64,000 nucleotides of DNA from Marsupella aquatica (lineage: Eukaryota; Plantae; Marchantiophyta), in the NCBI GenBank assembly GCA_973895155.1, contig OZ316895.1:21898558-21962557 (forward strand), given 5' to 3'. Positions 23,536 through 37,345 of the stretch are shown in pieces. Under the pieces are notes generated by a model that searched no databases, was not told the origin of the DNA, and saw only the letters and a program-made list of their open reading frames with translations. The position numbers were made by a program, and so were the translations under genes. How positions within the stretch are numbered: position 1 is the first letter of the stretch; each line of letters opens with the position of its first letter.

Positions 23536-26500
23536 TCAGGAGTGTTTCTGTGCTCCTGAAATAGATTTCACTCCAATAAAATCGCGATGTTTCTCAAACT
23601 TGAGTTTTGAGAGAGGCTTGGTGAAGATGTCGGCGGGATTTTCGTTTGTGTTGATGTAAGATAATGAGATTTCCCCCTCTAGCACCCTTTCGCGGATGAA
23701 ATGGTGTTTGCCTTCAATGTGTTTGGTGCGTGCATGGAAAACGGGATTGTTGGCGAGCTTGATAGATCCCTGGTTGTCACAGTGTAAGTGGATGTCAGCA
23801 GAGGTAGGAATGTGTGCATGGGAGAGATTGTGATGAATGGATGAGTTTGAAGAAGTGAGAGGAACGGTAAGTTTGGAGTGAGGATCAAGTTCGGCAAGTA
23901 GTCTGCGAATATGGACAGCTTCCTTAGCCCCTTCGAAAAGTGCCTTGTATTCTGCCTCAGTGGTGCTGTCAGAGACGGTACTTTGAAGCTTGCTGGACCA
24001 TGAGATGGGACCATTCGCTAGTTGAATCAGATAAGCACCACGGGAGCGACGAGTTTCCGGGCATCCAAGAAAATCAGCGTCGGTGAATCCTTGAAGGGAG
24101 GTCGTAGATGTATTGACAAAAGTAATCCCATAGTCAGAAGTGCCGTGTAGGTACTTGAGAATGTTTTGAACAGAATCCCAGTGTCGTTGTTGTGGAGCGC
24201 TCATGTAGCGGCTGACGATGTCGACGGTGTAGGAGATGTCAGGTCGAGTATGAGTTAAAAAAATAAGTTTGCCAACAGCATGGCAATAAGCACTTGTGTC
24301 GAATGGCGGGGTGTTAGTATCAGTTGTGAGGATGTGGCCTTCAGGGAGTGGAATTGACGTTGATGTGTTGACGGAAAATTCATTGATGAGCTCCTGGCAG
24401 TAGGTAGCTTGGTGTAAAATGAGGCCAGTAGGTGTTCGGAGGAACTCAATGCCAAGATATTTCTGGGCCAAGCCGAGGTCCTTCATCTGGTACTTGTGTT
24501 GGAGATGGGATTTGATGTCAGCAATTTTGCCAAAATCGCTGCCGGTGATGAGGAGATCGTCAACATAGAGCATGAGAATAAGGAGCGCCCCATCTGAGTG
24601 ATAGAAGTAGAGATTCGGATCTGCAGTGCTACGGGTCCATCCAGTTACTCGAAGGTGAGAGTCGATTTCACTGTACCAGGCCCGGGGAGATTGTTTGAGA
24701 CCATAGAGTGATCGTCGTAGGCGGCAGACCATTGTTTCCTTTCCAGGAGTCTCAAAACCTTGAGGTTGCTGCATGTAGAGTTCTTCTGTGAGGGTGCCGT
24801 TGAGGAAAGCAGTGATGACGTCCATATGGTGTAGCTCCCATCCGTTGGCTATGGCGAGGGCGATGACAGCACATAGAGTGGACCATTTGACTACAGGGGC
24901 GAAGGTTTCATTGTAGTCGATGCCAAAATTTAGATCAAAACCACGTGCAACGAGCCTAGCTTTCAGTCGAAATCTGGTTGAGTCGGGCTTGACACGAAAG
25001 ACCCATTTTGCTGTGAGGGTGCGTCGTCCAGCAGGGAGGTAGACTAGCTCCCAGGTGCCCATGTCGAGGAGAGATTTGATTTCATCTTCCATGGCCTTCT
25101 TCCATCCTGGGTGTTTGAGAGCCTCTTTGACAGATAGATTTCCACATTCGGATCCAGTGGCTTCGACGAGATTGCTGCTCATTTCGTAGTCGTTGTGCCA
25201 AGGTGGTGGTTGTCGGGTCCGAAGAGAGTGTCGTAGCGCTGGTTGAGGTGTTGGTGGGACAGGATTAATAACAAGTGGCCCACGCGTAATTGGTTCACAT
25301 ACTGGTTCCAGAGGTTCGCAGACAGGCTCCTCTTGTGGAACTGGAGGCTCTTGATCAAGTGCTTGATCGGGCACTGGTTCCCCCTCTGGAGCAAGAATTG
25401 CCGGAGCGATCGAAGCTGTAGGAATATCATCAGTGAGGAGAGATTGAAATAGTAGTTGGGCGGCAGTAGGATTGGTGACGTGAATGCCCATGATATTCTC
25501 GTCGAATGTAACATCTTTGGATATGAGAATGCGTTGGCGTGTAGCATCAAAACAACGATAGGCCTTAGATTGATCGTCATAGCTGAGAAGGGTGGTGCGG
25601 ATGGCTTTGATGCCGAGCTTGGTCTGATGAGAGGCCGGTATAAGAACGTATGCAGTTGAACCAAGAACACGGAGGTGGCTGAGGTCGGGCTTGGAGCCAT
25701 GTAGAGCCTGAAATGGAGTAGTCTGATGAAGGGCGCGTGTGCCGGATTGATTTTGGACGTAATTAGCTGCACGGATACTTTCAGTCCAGAGAGATAGTGG
25801 AAAAGCATCATCAATTAGTATGGTCCGGGCAGCTTCAAGTAGGGTGCGGTTTTTGCGTTCTGCAATGCCATTTTGGTGTGGAGAGTCAACAACGGTTAGT
25901 TGACGTCGATTGCCGTGGAGCCTACAAAAGGATAGAAATTCTGTAGACATGTATTCCCCACCGCGATCTGAGCGAAGACAACCAACTTTGTGGTTGAATT
26001 GGTTTTCAACAAGAATCTTGAAGTCCTTGAATTTTGCGAACGTATCACTTTTGTAAGCGAGGAAGTAAACCCAAGTAAAGCGTGAAAATTCATCGATAAG
26101 AGTGAGAATATACTTGTTGGGACCGGGCCCATGAACTGGTCCGCAGAGGTCAGAGTGAATGAGTTCCAGAGGTCAAGAAGATCGAGAGCGAGAATATTTG
26201 GGAGCTTTGTCCCGATGGTGTTTGCCTAGAACACAGGTGTCACAAACCCGTTTTACCCGAGGAAGGGGTGGTATCCCAGTGACTAAGGACCCCGTGGACA
26301 TGTGATGTACCATCTGGTAATTCACGTGATTGAGGCGACGATGCCAAAGGTCGACAGTGTCGGTGTGAGAGACTTCTGTGAGCAAAATAGGGGACTGCTG
26401 AAGTAAGCCGGAATGACATGAGTGTGAAGCAACTAACGGCAGTGGTTGACGCAGTTTGTAGAGGCGGTTGCGAGGATCGCGAGCTCCTCTGAGGAAGATG

Positions 26501-27842
26501 TTAGACGGATTGTCCTTGTCAAAAACAAAGCAGGATTTTGAATTGAAAAGAATGAGATGGCCTGCATCGGTGAGGGACCCAATGGAGAGAAGATTTTGTT
26601 GAAGACCAGGCACGTACAAAACTTTGTTGATCTCTTTATTGCGATCAATAGAAATGGTACCATGTCCAGCTACAGGCAGCTGAGTACCGCTAGCAGTAGT
26701 CACTGATTCAGAGTGAGAGCCGGCGTTGATAGTGCGGAAGACAGAATTGTCTCCTGTAACGTGAGTGCTTGTGCCGGAGTCGAGTATCCACTCACTAGGA
26801 CTATGGCTAGTTGTGTCAAGCTCAGAGTAGTTTGCTTCAAAATACTCACCGTGCTCATTGTTGTTGTAGACTTCTGTGGTGTCCTCAGATCCATCGTAGT
26901 AGTCAGGAGGGGTCTCAACACTGTTGGCTTGAGGTTGGTACCTGCGTATCCCAGCAGCTTTGAGTTGAAGATCAGCGATTTGAGAATCTAGTTTCTTTAG
27001 ATCACATTGTGGTTCCCAGTGACCGGTCTTTCCACAGTAGTTGCAGGTGCCGATTCGCCGCCCACGTCCAGCTGAGAGAGCAGGATTGGGCCGAGATTGA
27101 GATTGAGGCGGAGGGTTGCGGAAGTTGTTGAGAGGTGGATAAGAATCCGGGCGATGAAAAGGTCATCCCCGGCTGCGAGTGAATGAACGTGTAACAGCCA
27201 TAGCTTCTTCGTGAGACTCAGCCTGAGCCTGTTTGGCCTTCCTCCAGTATTCATCAGATTGCAAACGTTCAAGAAGGTTAGAAAAATTTTGTTTAGGAGT
27301 ACGAGAGAGATCAGCACTGAAAATAGAAACAAATGCATTCCAGCTGAGCGGAAGGCCTTGTAGTACGATATGCATGAGATGTGTTTCGTCCACTTCGGCG
27401 TTGATGCTGGAAAGCTGTCCGGCCAGCTCGTTGATCCGGTTGATGTAGAGTTCCACAGAGCTCCCCTCGACCATGTGTGTAGTCTGAAGCTTCTGCATCA
27501 GGAACATCTGGCGTTGTAGTAGATCTCCACCAAAGCGTTGATGAAAATGCTCTCAACACTTGGCTGGATCGTCGGAGAACTTGTCCACTGTGGACAGAAT
27601 TTGGACTTCACTGTAGATGCAAGGATGGCGACAGCTTTGTCCTTCTTCTTCTGTTTCTCCTTGGCGGTCAGATGGGCTCCGCCATCTATGAAGTTGCCGT
27701 TGGCGTCAGGCTTGGCATTGAAGTTGAGTTCATGAAACACGGCTTCCTTTTTCAGAAGGTTCTTAACCACAATGGTCCAGGCCATGTGGTTACTGGTGCC
27801 ATCTAGCTTATCGGTGTCGGAGAATATCCTCAGTAGTTCCAT
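23536..27842 (-). pseudogene. Copia gag-pol polyprotein, disabled
   Basis: gag from ATG 27842; CCHC knuckle CNYCGKTGHWEPQC (~27005-27046); protease WILDSGTSTHVTG; integrase LWHRRLNH..CDTC, IHSDLCG, RSDRGGEY, QNGIAERKNR; RT KARLVARG, LYGLKQSPRAW, LYVDDLL; RNase H FTDAD, EAEY, HCDNQ, ADIFTK. In-frame TGA at 27163-27165 and 26173-26175; frame disruption in gag near 27500-27600. Confidence 0.95.
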
Positions 27843-27903
27843 GGTAAAAAAAAAGATTGATTCACGAATGAGAAGAATGGTAAAAAATGCAGAATAGTGA
27901 TGT

Positions 27904-28102
27904 GTCAGGGAACCTTTCAACCTGAGCAAAGCAATGAGTAGATCGAATCAAATCTAATCTTATGAATGTCAGTAGTTGCTCTAATCAAGCAAGGAATGTT
28001 CTAAGCAGTGCTCGTGTTAGTCAGGGAACTTTCAACCTGAGTACACGGCGAGTAAATCTAGAATGCTGCTGGTACTAACTGTCAGGGAACTTTCTACCTG
28101 AA
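27904..28102. repeat. Three copies of tcagggaac(c)tttc(a/t)acctga in the Copia 5' leader
   Basis: Copies near 27905, 28021 and 28082. Confidence 0.75.
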
Positions 28103-28150
28103 CACGCACGATACCTGAGGTCGCTGATCTGAGGACACTAATCAGAGCAT

Positions 28151-28163
28151 GGCTCTGATACCA
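28151..28163 (-). other. Primer binding site (tRNA-iMet)
   Basis: Minus strand TGGTATCAGAGCC immediately after the 5' LTR. Confidence 0.93.
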
Positions 28164-28373
28164 TGTTGGTAACACTAATCTATTGCTACATAGGACTGAG
28201 CGCAGGACTCACTATAAGTAGGAATTAGGGAGAGGGGAATCAACGGAGGGAAGGTAGTAACCTAGGATTGACAGTAGGGAAGAGAGCGGCCGGAAGTAAG
28301 AATGGAGGCGCAGGTTAAGCTAAAGAGAAAAGCTTAATCTCCTAAGTGACTTACTAGCAAGTGTTTTACAAGA
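28164..28373 (-). repeat. Copia 5' LTR
   Basis: Matches 22760-22967 with about 4 substitutions and 2 single-base indels by eye; terminal caaca changed to caaga. Confidence 0.95.
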
Positions 28374-29713
28374 GCATCATCAAATCTCATATGTTCCATT
28401 TTTTCCCCTTCGACGTTGCCGATCTCTCGCTGGAGTTACAGATGAAGGGACTCAGCCTCTGTCCAGTCTCCTCACATTAATGTTCTGAAATCAAAGTTTC
28501 AGAGATGAAGTCACCTCAAATCCATAGATGTTGAATCTCTCACCCTAGTATCTCAGTAAGGTGGCAGATGGAACAGCTTCAATCTGTCTGACACATTCTT
28601 TCTACCTGCTGGATGTCTTTGGTTGCAGAATGATTAAGCGACCTCAAATTTATCGGTGTTGACTTGTCTTTTCCCGCCTCCAACATTAATTAAAAGATGA
28701 ACTGATATCTGACGGTAGATCTTTTCTTTGAGGATAAGGCCACCCCAAAACTTTGAAACGTCACTCTTCCAACCTGCCCGGCCGGATCGCTTCACTCGAT
28801 CAAAATAGTGAGTAGCAGATGAAGTGAAGTCGATCCGATGCACGAACTATATATTCGTGTCCACAAGCAACCGCCAACCCTAAATTTAATGTACTCCATT
28901 CAGTCTGCTAGCCGACAACAAATCAGCACTAACAGCTCATGGGTACACAAGGTAGCTCCAAAGCGTTAGCTTTAGCAAGTTCCATATCCATGATTCCCCA
29001 TATACTCGCTTTGTGAGAGCTTGATGCTAGCCTAGCACAGAATTGGGCAGGTCTGTCCCAAATCTCCGAGTACTAATGATACACTGAACTTTCTCGACAG
29101 CTCAGATTGATTTCTCGACAGCTCTCGAACGGCGGTAAAGTATCAACCTCTGTTTCACACCGTCATGAATTGCGAAGTTGATTGGATAATCGATCCTCTT
29201 TTCAAATCAACAAAAGAAACCGTAATCAAGTCACATCCCCGGACTGATCTTTGATTCCATTGTACAGTACGATCTACAGTAATCTACAGCCCCGTCCACA
29301 GCATGTAAACATGTCACTAGACAATTGATTCGAATTTAGTTCTGGTTGGACGGGCGATGTCACTGAAAAGAATTGGGCGTGGCACGCTTAAAGTGAATTA
29401 TCTGGGATTGGATGCAGGCTAGGGGCAATCTCTTTCTCACGGGAGTAGACAGACAGACCCACAAAGCACGGAAATGGCTGAAGAGGAATATAAACGTGGG
29501 ACCACAGTGAGTGGGGCATGAATTCAGGTGGCACTCACCTTTCTGTTGATGGTCTCGACGGGAGATTCGACTGGATCATCCTTCTGTTGAATGCCGTGAC
29601 GGTCGAAGATTCCAATTCAAGGGTCACTGAGATTAAACTCGACGTTGTTGCACATGCACTTCAGTCTCTGGACTCAGTCAATTTGCAGATACTGGAGTTG
29701 CGAACTTGCGACA

Positions 29714-29716
<3 letters not shown>

Positions 29717-29750
<34 letters not shown>
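29717..29750. repeat. (TA)n microsatellite
   Basis: Direct reading. Confidence 0.9.
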
Positions 29751-29754
<4 letters not shown>

Positions 29755-30819
29755 TCTGCCACCAGAGCCTAGCTCGAGTACAAGCCAGCTAGCTAGCTCG
29801 TGAATTGTGACTTGCTCTGGGAGGTACTTCTGTACGTTCTCTGTACATTCAGGAGATATCCTCAATGCATGAGACCGATAAGTAAACAGAACGAAGTAAT
29901 TATATGCGAATGGAAATGGTACGTGGTAATAGTTAGCTCAAGATCAAACTAATGGAGAGCCCATGTAGCTTTGTGTTACTTTACCTCTCTACTTTGATTC
30001 AGATCTTTTATCGTACATGATTGAGATATTCACATGCATATCATATCCCAATCATATCTAATGCCAAAAAACAAAAGGCGCCCAACCAGGAGATTGGATC
30101 CCCAACACATAAGACCCAAGAGGATAGATCAAAGAGTCAGAAAGTCAGAGAGACCTTAACAATAGCAAAAGAATTGAACAACAAACTGAAAAGCTTGGTA
30201 GAGCTCGAGAATAAAATGATTTCATGAAGAGGGAAATTTGAAGGGGGCTTCCTTCCTTTAAACCCAATAAAACTACTAACCCTATTTTGTTTTGTTGCAC
30301 TGATGTGCCATTTTTGCAAAAATTAGACCCCCAATGACCAGTGAAGACATCTTAGCACCCAACAAGGGCGAAAGAGGCCACCGTGTCCCAGAAAAGAGAG
30401 TAAAAGCAGTTGGTGGGACTGGGCAAGGCAGGCAAAGTTTCACGTAGGATGGCTCTATGTGCCCAGCCAACCCCAATCAACACCCAGATCAACACCACCT
30501 TCACAAACTCTCAAACAAGAAAGGCCAGTGTGAGTTTTGAGTGAAAGTAGCAGTCAGACTGTTGAATGGTGGGGACAGTTTTGATATTGAAGGGAGCTGG
30601 ACCTTTAGATGCTCTCCAAATAATTAAGTTGCCACATGAAGAGAGCTACCATTGTTTGAATGGTCCAGGCAGGGTGTTAATTTGGAACTTGCTCAGGTAC
30701 AATCATTCATGATTGCATTCATATCTGAGTGACATGTCTCCATGAGAATAAGAAGAAAAAAATAACAACAGTTGCCAAATAGTTTACACTATGTGATCCG
30801 CTAACCTCCTGAAATTGAC

Positions 30820-31785
30820 ATATATGTTTGATGTGACCCTTGCCAAAACAAATGTAAGTGACAGGCCCCTACTAAACTTTTGTTACAAATTAGACCCTCC
30901 ACCAAAATGTTGTTACACACTAGGCCCCCTACATAGGTTTTGTATACATGGTTCTTAATTATGTGGTGCCTAACTGCAGGTCAACCATACATTTATCACC
31001 ACAACCATTGCACTATGTGTGAGTCATAGTCTATAGCATGTACATGTATTCCTGAAGACATAATGAATTATGTCTTCACATGATTATAGAGTTTAAGGGG
31101 ATCCACCGTTACATGATGGTGGCTTCGTACAACATTTAGTATGTGTAGTTCTTGCATGGTAACAAAATTTTCCCGTTATGATTAATATTGACTCCATGTT
31201 GTCTTTGTTTCACACTTAGACAATTTTTGAAAGTTACAACACGGGAACAACAAAAAAAACATTGGTTACTTCAATCCATACTTAGACAAATTTGGGGTCT
31301 AGATGTGAGAAGACAACATCTATGTAAGTTATGTTTGTACCACACTTGGACAATTTTTGAAGGTTGCAGTAGGGACCAATGGCCAAAAGTAAATCAGTCA
31401 TTCCATTCTTAGACAAAGAACAAAAAGAAACATCAAAATATCATGCAAACCCTGTGCATAGGATGGTATGGTAGAAATTCAATTGAACTTGAAGACATGA
31501 ACCATATTGTCTTCACTTATGTACTTGCAATTTGAGCAATGGTTGCCATTACTCCGCGGTTCCCCCAATGGTGTAGTTTGTCATTCAGCATGGTTTGACT
31601 TTAAACTTTACACTAGCTCTTATTGGTGATAATATTAAGCTAAAACTCCTCAATATAAGAACTTTAAAAGAACATATGACACAAAAGTATCAGAGGGGGC
31701 CTAGTATGTAACAAAAGTTTCATAAGGGCCTATTACCTAAAAATGTTTTTGCAGGGGTGAAGTTTACTATACTTATCAAACATAA
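30820..31785. mobile_element. Degenerate non-autonomous element with long inverted termini (Mutator/fold-back-like)
   Basis: aggcccctactaaacttttgttaca..actaggccccct (30862-30930) is an inverted match of agggggcctagtatgtaacaaaagtttcataagggcct (31694-31731); similarity extends outward. No TSD seen. Confidence 0.5.
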
Positions 31786-31851
31786 TAGTTGTCCCATCAA
31801 GCATATATATACCTCCCTAAAAGTGGATACGTTTCAGTTCCAACATCTACA

Positions 31852-33059
31852 TCTATACTATTGAATCCTGTTCATTTAATTTAGTCTTTCATCCCCTTTG
31901 GGCAGGAATGAAGATCTTTTGGGTGATTTTTTGTAACCGTTTGATTATTAATTCCATGGCAAGGGTACACATAAATACATAATGACTCATTGCAATAGTC
32001 TATGTGAGAACAAGAAAAATTGAAAGTTGAGAATACAATTATGAATTGTACCATGTTTGTCCTTTCTACTCTTCCCATACTCCCACAGGTATTACAACTC
32101 TACAAGGATGCAATGATTATTTATACTCTCATAAAAATATAAAGATAAAGCACTATCCAAATATCAAGGAGGAGGTAACAAGAAATTGGCATGGAGGAAA
32201 ACAAGGGGAGGGCCAAATAAAGGAAAAAAGGAACAAAAATTGAGGAAGAGGATAATGAATAAGGTAAGGAAAACTAGAGAAGGGGATAAAGTGAGATAAT
32301 TTTTTACTTTAATTTCCTGCCCCCTATTTAAAAAAAAAACAAGCATGTCTATATTTATGTATTTAAAATATTTTTAATAAAAATAAAAATTTCATCATTT
32401 TTGGGTGATCATGCTACGACTCCGTGATGGCCACTGTCACCCATTGTGCATCTCCATGTTCTCACTTTCATCCTCCTCAACAATAATAAGTAAATTCACA
32501 ATAATAATAATCAAAATGATAACATTTTTGCAACAATGACAAACATCATCAAACAATGACATTTATTATGTTACATTTTTTTGTAATGCATAGGGAATGA
32601 CTTTGTCTACATTTTTGTGTGTTTCCTGGATAACTTGTCTCACCTTGACATTTTTTTCTCCTTTCAGCATTTTCTTCACCTCAACATCTTTTGTGGGCAA
32701 TATATGGGCATTTTTTTGCATTCTTTACCTCACCCTCAACATCTATTCTCTTCTTGACATGTTTTTCTCATCTTTACATGTTTTTCTCACTTTGCCATGT
32801 TTTCTCTCCTCAACATCTTTTTTTCACTTTGACTTCCTTGCCTCACCTCAATTTTTTCATCTTTTTTCACACCGACATCTTTTCTTCGCCTCGAAATCTT
32901 TTTCTCTCATCGACAACTTTTTTCACACCAAATTTTTTTCTTCACCTCGAACATCTTTTAATTCTCTCATTGACAACTTTTTTCACACCGACACCTTTTC
33001 TTCACCTTGACATTTTTTCACCTCAACATCTTTTATGCAACGCACATGTATTGGGCTAG
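31852..33059 (+). mobile_element. Non-autonomous Helitron
   Basis: A|TCTATACTATTG at 31852 (5' end tentative); acatcttttt array; tgcaacgcacatgtattgggCTAG|T (CTAG 33056-33059). Confidence 0.65.
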
Positions 33060-36000
33060 TACGTACTACTAACTATATTTGGGAATCTCACATGGTTACA
33101 TGATGGCCCAGTTCCTCACTTATTTTCTTCTTACTCACAATGCATACTGTATAAGTATACTTAGGGCTTTATTGCAATTTGTTTACTAGTGGAATTCTTG
33201 TAAAACTATATGGCATAACAATAGGGTTTTCCAATCCAATTTCTAGCACTATAAGAAAAGATAGAGTTTTAAAATATTTGAAACCTTTGTGAAAAACGGA
33301 TTTATTTCTTAATATGGTATTTGTTATCCAAAAATCTTGAGCATGATATGGGGACTTGCCTTGGATTAATGCCCTCAAGCCTGAGGGGAGAGGAGGGGAG
33401 CTCCTCCTAATATAGCAGAAGATTAAGAAGTACACAGAATGATTAGGTACTGTATTGTACACTCAAGATTAGGTAAGTATTGTACCAATTTAAAGTATTA
33501 TATTTCATCACCTTGAAAGTACTCTGACTAGTGTTTCTTCCACTCACTTTACTACTATTTCAATACTCTTGAATAAGATAGGATAGCGTGTGTTTTGTGA
33601 ATTAGTTAAATTATTGAATACTTTACATAACATACAATAGCTTTTGTTGGTGAATAAGTTAAAATAAGTATGTTTTAGGACGGGCCAGCTATAGTCTGAC
33701 ATCACGATAGATTGAGGAAGAAGTCAATTTAGGCGAATAGACTGAATCCCCAAATTAAAAAGTACGTGAGAATGAAATAGAATAAAGTCCCAATGAAACT
33801 TACCAAAAACGAGAGAAATCAATTATATATTTTAGAAAAAGGGCTAAACAAAGTAGATTGACGAACAAGCAAAGGGTTGAGAGCAAGAGATTCTGGAGTG
33901 TGCTTTTTCGCCTCCAAATGTGAAGTCAGCTTAGTACCAATGATTGTGGTGTGTAACAGCCCAACTGTCCTTATCGTGGTTTTTGTGTGGGGTCCTGATT
34001 CCCAACATGATATACCTCCTGGTAACTAACATGGGATTTTATTGCAAACAAGTGCACAGCAAGGAAAGCAAAAAGCCCTAAAAGCTGCAGACCAAGAGCC
34101 TAGATACAACTTTAATAAACGGTACTGTACTTTATTGAGTTCTTTTCGTGTGTTATTTGCGTGTGTGATCATGTCTCCCAGTTTGGCGTCCCTGCCAAAA
34201 GATATATAGATACTGCTTTTGTACTAACTTGTCCTTTTTACTAACTTGTCCCCCAAACTGAACAAAACTTGGTAGCCTTTCCCCCAAGCTAACTTGGTAG
34301 CCTTTCCCCCAAACTGTTAAAATTATCACCTGACCCCAATGTGGGGTTAACCCAAGGGTCCATCAGGACTGGTATGCTGAGGTGTGGCAAGGCAAGACTG
34401 GCCTCTAAACCTCATTAAGCTAAAAGGGATCCCTGCCTGAAAGTACTATCCAGGTCTGTCAATACCTTACCTCCTCTTTTTAGTTATTTTTATGTTCAAT
34501 ATTTTCTCATTATCAATCATGAAACATTTAATATTTCCTATTAAAATAACATGATTTGCATATGTTTCTAATAAACAAAATTGTGATGTAATAGAATGGG
34601 TCAGTAGAGGAATTTTAAGGTGTTTCTTTGAAGTTCTTTTAAGGAAACCTCGGGCTCAACAGCTGTGAGATAAATCCTCAAATTTTCATTTTTTTCAATT
34701 TTCTTTGAATGGTCAATTTGGGAAGCTGAGAGTTGGGATATATGGGTTTTAATGGAGGGAAAGAAGAAATGGTTGCTCCTGATTTTTCTACAGGGGGGAG
34801 TGACAGCTGGGATGAAATGGGTGGTGGGAGTTGGAAAGAAAAATGTAAGGTGAGGGAGAGGGGAAGTACTTTTGTTTTTCTAGTTGCCTAAAGACAAATT
34901 TATTGGTTAGTGAGACAAATTGGTCGTCTGGGGGGATGTAGGGGGGGGGAGTGGAATGAATGGGATTGGTAATATGTTAGAATTGGGAAAAACAAGCCTC
35001 AAAGCCAAAAAGGGGACATGTGAATGAGCTAAGAGATCTTAAGAGAAAATGTTGTGATGCTTCTAGCTTTTATACAGATAGGCGTGTTTTTGCATTCATT
35101 CCTGTGTGATCAACTGCCCAAGGGTTATTCCAAATTGGATGTTAGTTCCTCGGTTAGTTCATACTAACATGCATGATTATTTTGCCATTTTTTGCCATTT
35201 TTCACTCAGTCTTCTTGTTCTTCTTAAATCGCCACTGTCCCCAAAGCAAAACCTGGTGGATCCAGGTTACTAAAATAAACCAAAATTAGGCTCAAAACAA
35301 TTTTAAAAAGTGCTCTATTTGTCCTCCCCTATTCCCTCACCTGGTGTGAACAGTGGTAGTTTAAGGACATTGATTGCACATTCACATTGCATCCTCACAA
35401 AGATAGTAGTTCCATTTCATTGTTTAATAGTCCATCAGCATGTTGTCTGACAGAGACAAAGGTCAGGAGAAAGAATCTGAGTCCTGACATATCATTTTTT
35501 TGCACAACTAAGAGTGTAAGTAGTTTAGTCTTCAAGACCATAATGATAATGGTCCTAGCAAAGTTCATGATTAAATTGTGAGGATTGCAAATTAAATACA
35601 TTTGAGTAACTCTTGCAAGTTAGCCTGAGAAGAAGTTTGAAAAGTAAAGCCTGAGTGGATGGACTGAGGGGTTTGCTGTGAAGCCCCCATGATGCTTTTC
35701 CAAAGCTGGGGTGGACTGACTCAGATCATCAAAATCTGCTCGGATAGTACTCTTTACAGTGTTTACTCATGTGCAACCTGTCAACAGGCTCCTCACCATT
35801 TGCGTGGTGGTAAGTTGCAACTCACACAAACTACTCAGGGCATCCTACACAAACGTGAAGCGTCTTTCCCAAAGTGGTAGTTTGGTGCTCATGCCCAAGT
35901 ACTAAAGGGGTTCTTCACAAAAGTGAAACATCCATTGGCACTTAGTTTATAATATTTGATCATCTTCGTACTCATTGGCAATGGAGCAAATGGCTCCAGA

Positions 36001-37345
36001 AAAAAATGAAACTTTGTCAGGTAATATATTGGACATCAGAGAACATGCTGGAAACTTTTGAGCTGAAACATAGATCCAAAAGTTGTCCAAATAAATGCAC
36101 AATTTTGATAGAAACTAGCATTTTATAGTTGATCAAGACACCTGGAAAAACTGGGGGGCAAAGTCCTACTCAGGGCGCCCTCTCAAAAGTGAAATGTCCT
36201 TCTAAAGATAGCCCAACAATGTGGATTTTGGGTACGAAGTTAAGCAGTGTTGGTCACAGTCCATTGGGATGGGCAAAACAAAACCCTCCGTCCATCCCTG
36301 CTTAACTTTCAGAAGTTTGGATAGAAGATGATATATAGACATCACATTATTATAAAAGAACCTGGATGGCAAATGTGGCATCCATACTTTGCCTTATGCA
36401 TTTTGGATGAATGCTCACATTTTTCAATATCAAAATTGCTTGGTCATTGATCCAGTTTTTTGAGTCAAAATGGTGGTCCAATTGGGTATCAACCTCTTTC
36501 ATTTTGTGGTAGTAAAGGTTTTGATTAGCTTGTCCTCCCTATTTCCACTAAAATTATATAGATTGCACTTATTTAAGTTGTATTATTAAAGTTTTAAATA
36601 CTTGGTTCTATACCAAGTGGCGGAACCAGTCCAATGGTGCCTTTGGGCTCACTACTCAACCCTTTCATGTCGTCGTATAAATCAAATGCTCTCACTATCA
36701 AGACATGACGCTTGCCTGGTGGAAAAAGTGCAGGGGGAGAAGAAAGGGCCAATTAGTGGACAACATGACAAGAATGTGACCAGGGAACAAATGGGATAAA
36801 GAGGTTTAGGGGACCACCAAAAGGACATATATTCCTCCTAGCTACAAGAGATCATTATTTTTCAAGATCTTGACTTTTTGGAGCTCCTTACACGGGAGGG
36901 ACGTCACGTATGGATCCAGAAGCAAACAGTGAGTTTCTATTGCCCTTTGTAGCCCCTAAAGGTCATTGCACAATTACTTGAATTAACTTATAATTTGTGA
37001 GGCCCAGCTCCAAGAGTGAATCTTTCGGTTGAAGTTTCTTTGGTAATTGGAAATTTTTATGTTTAGAGTATTTTTGTGAGAAAGGATGGGCAGGTGGAGT
37101 ACGGGTATGAGGAGAGTTCCTGGGCGTGTTCAGAGGGTAATCAGGATCATTACACACTGGAAACTATTTTTGATGCAGTACTAGTCTAGGCAATCAGCCA
37201 TTCATAAAGAAGCCAGAAGGTTGTAGTTAATGATTTCATACCCAGAATGATTCATCTTTTTACACCATGTATCTCACAGGTAGGTTTTATGAGATAAATA
37301 GTAAATTATGTAATTTGACCATAGCTTGCCCTCATTTATGTTGTA

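Larger units (their letters stand above)
22760..28373 (-). mobile_element. Full-length Ty1/Copia LTR retrotransposon with 5-bp TSD GCATC
   Basis: Two ~208-bp LTRs; TSD gcatc at 22755-22759 and 28374-28378; PBS, PPT and gag-PR-INT-RT-RH domain order. Confidence 0.96.

Noticed and set aside
33500-36900. Possible decayed transposase/TE region
   Set aside because: No diagnostic motif or termini could be read.
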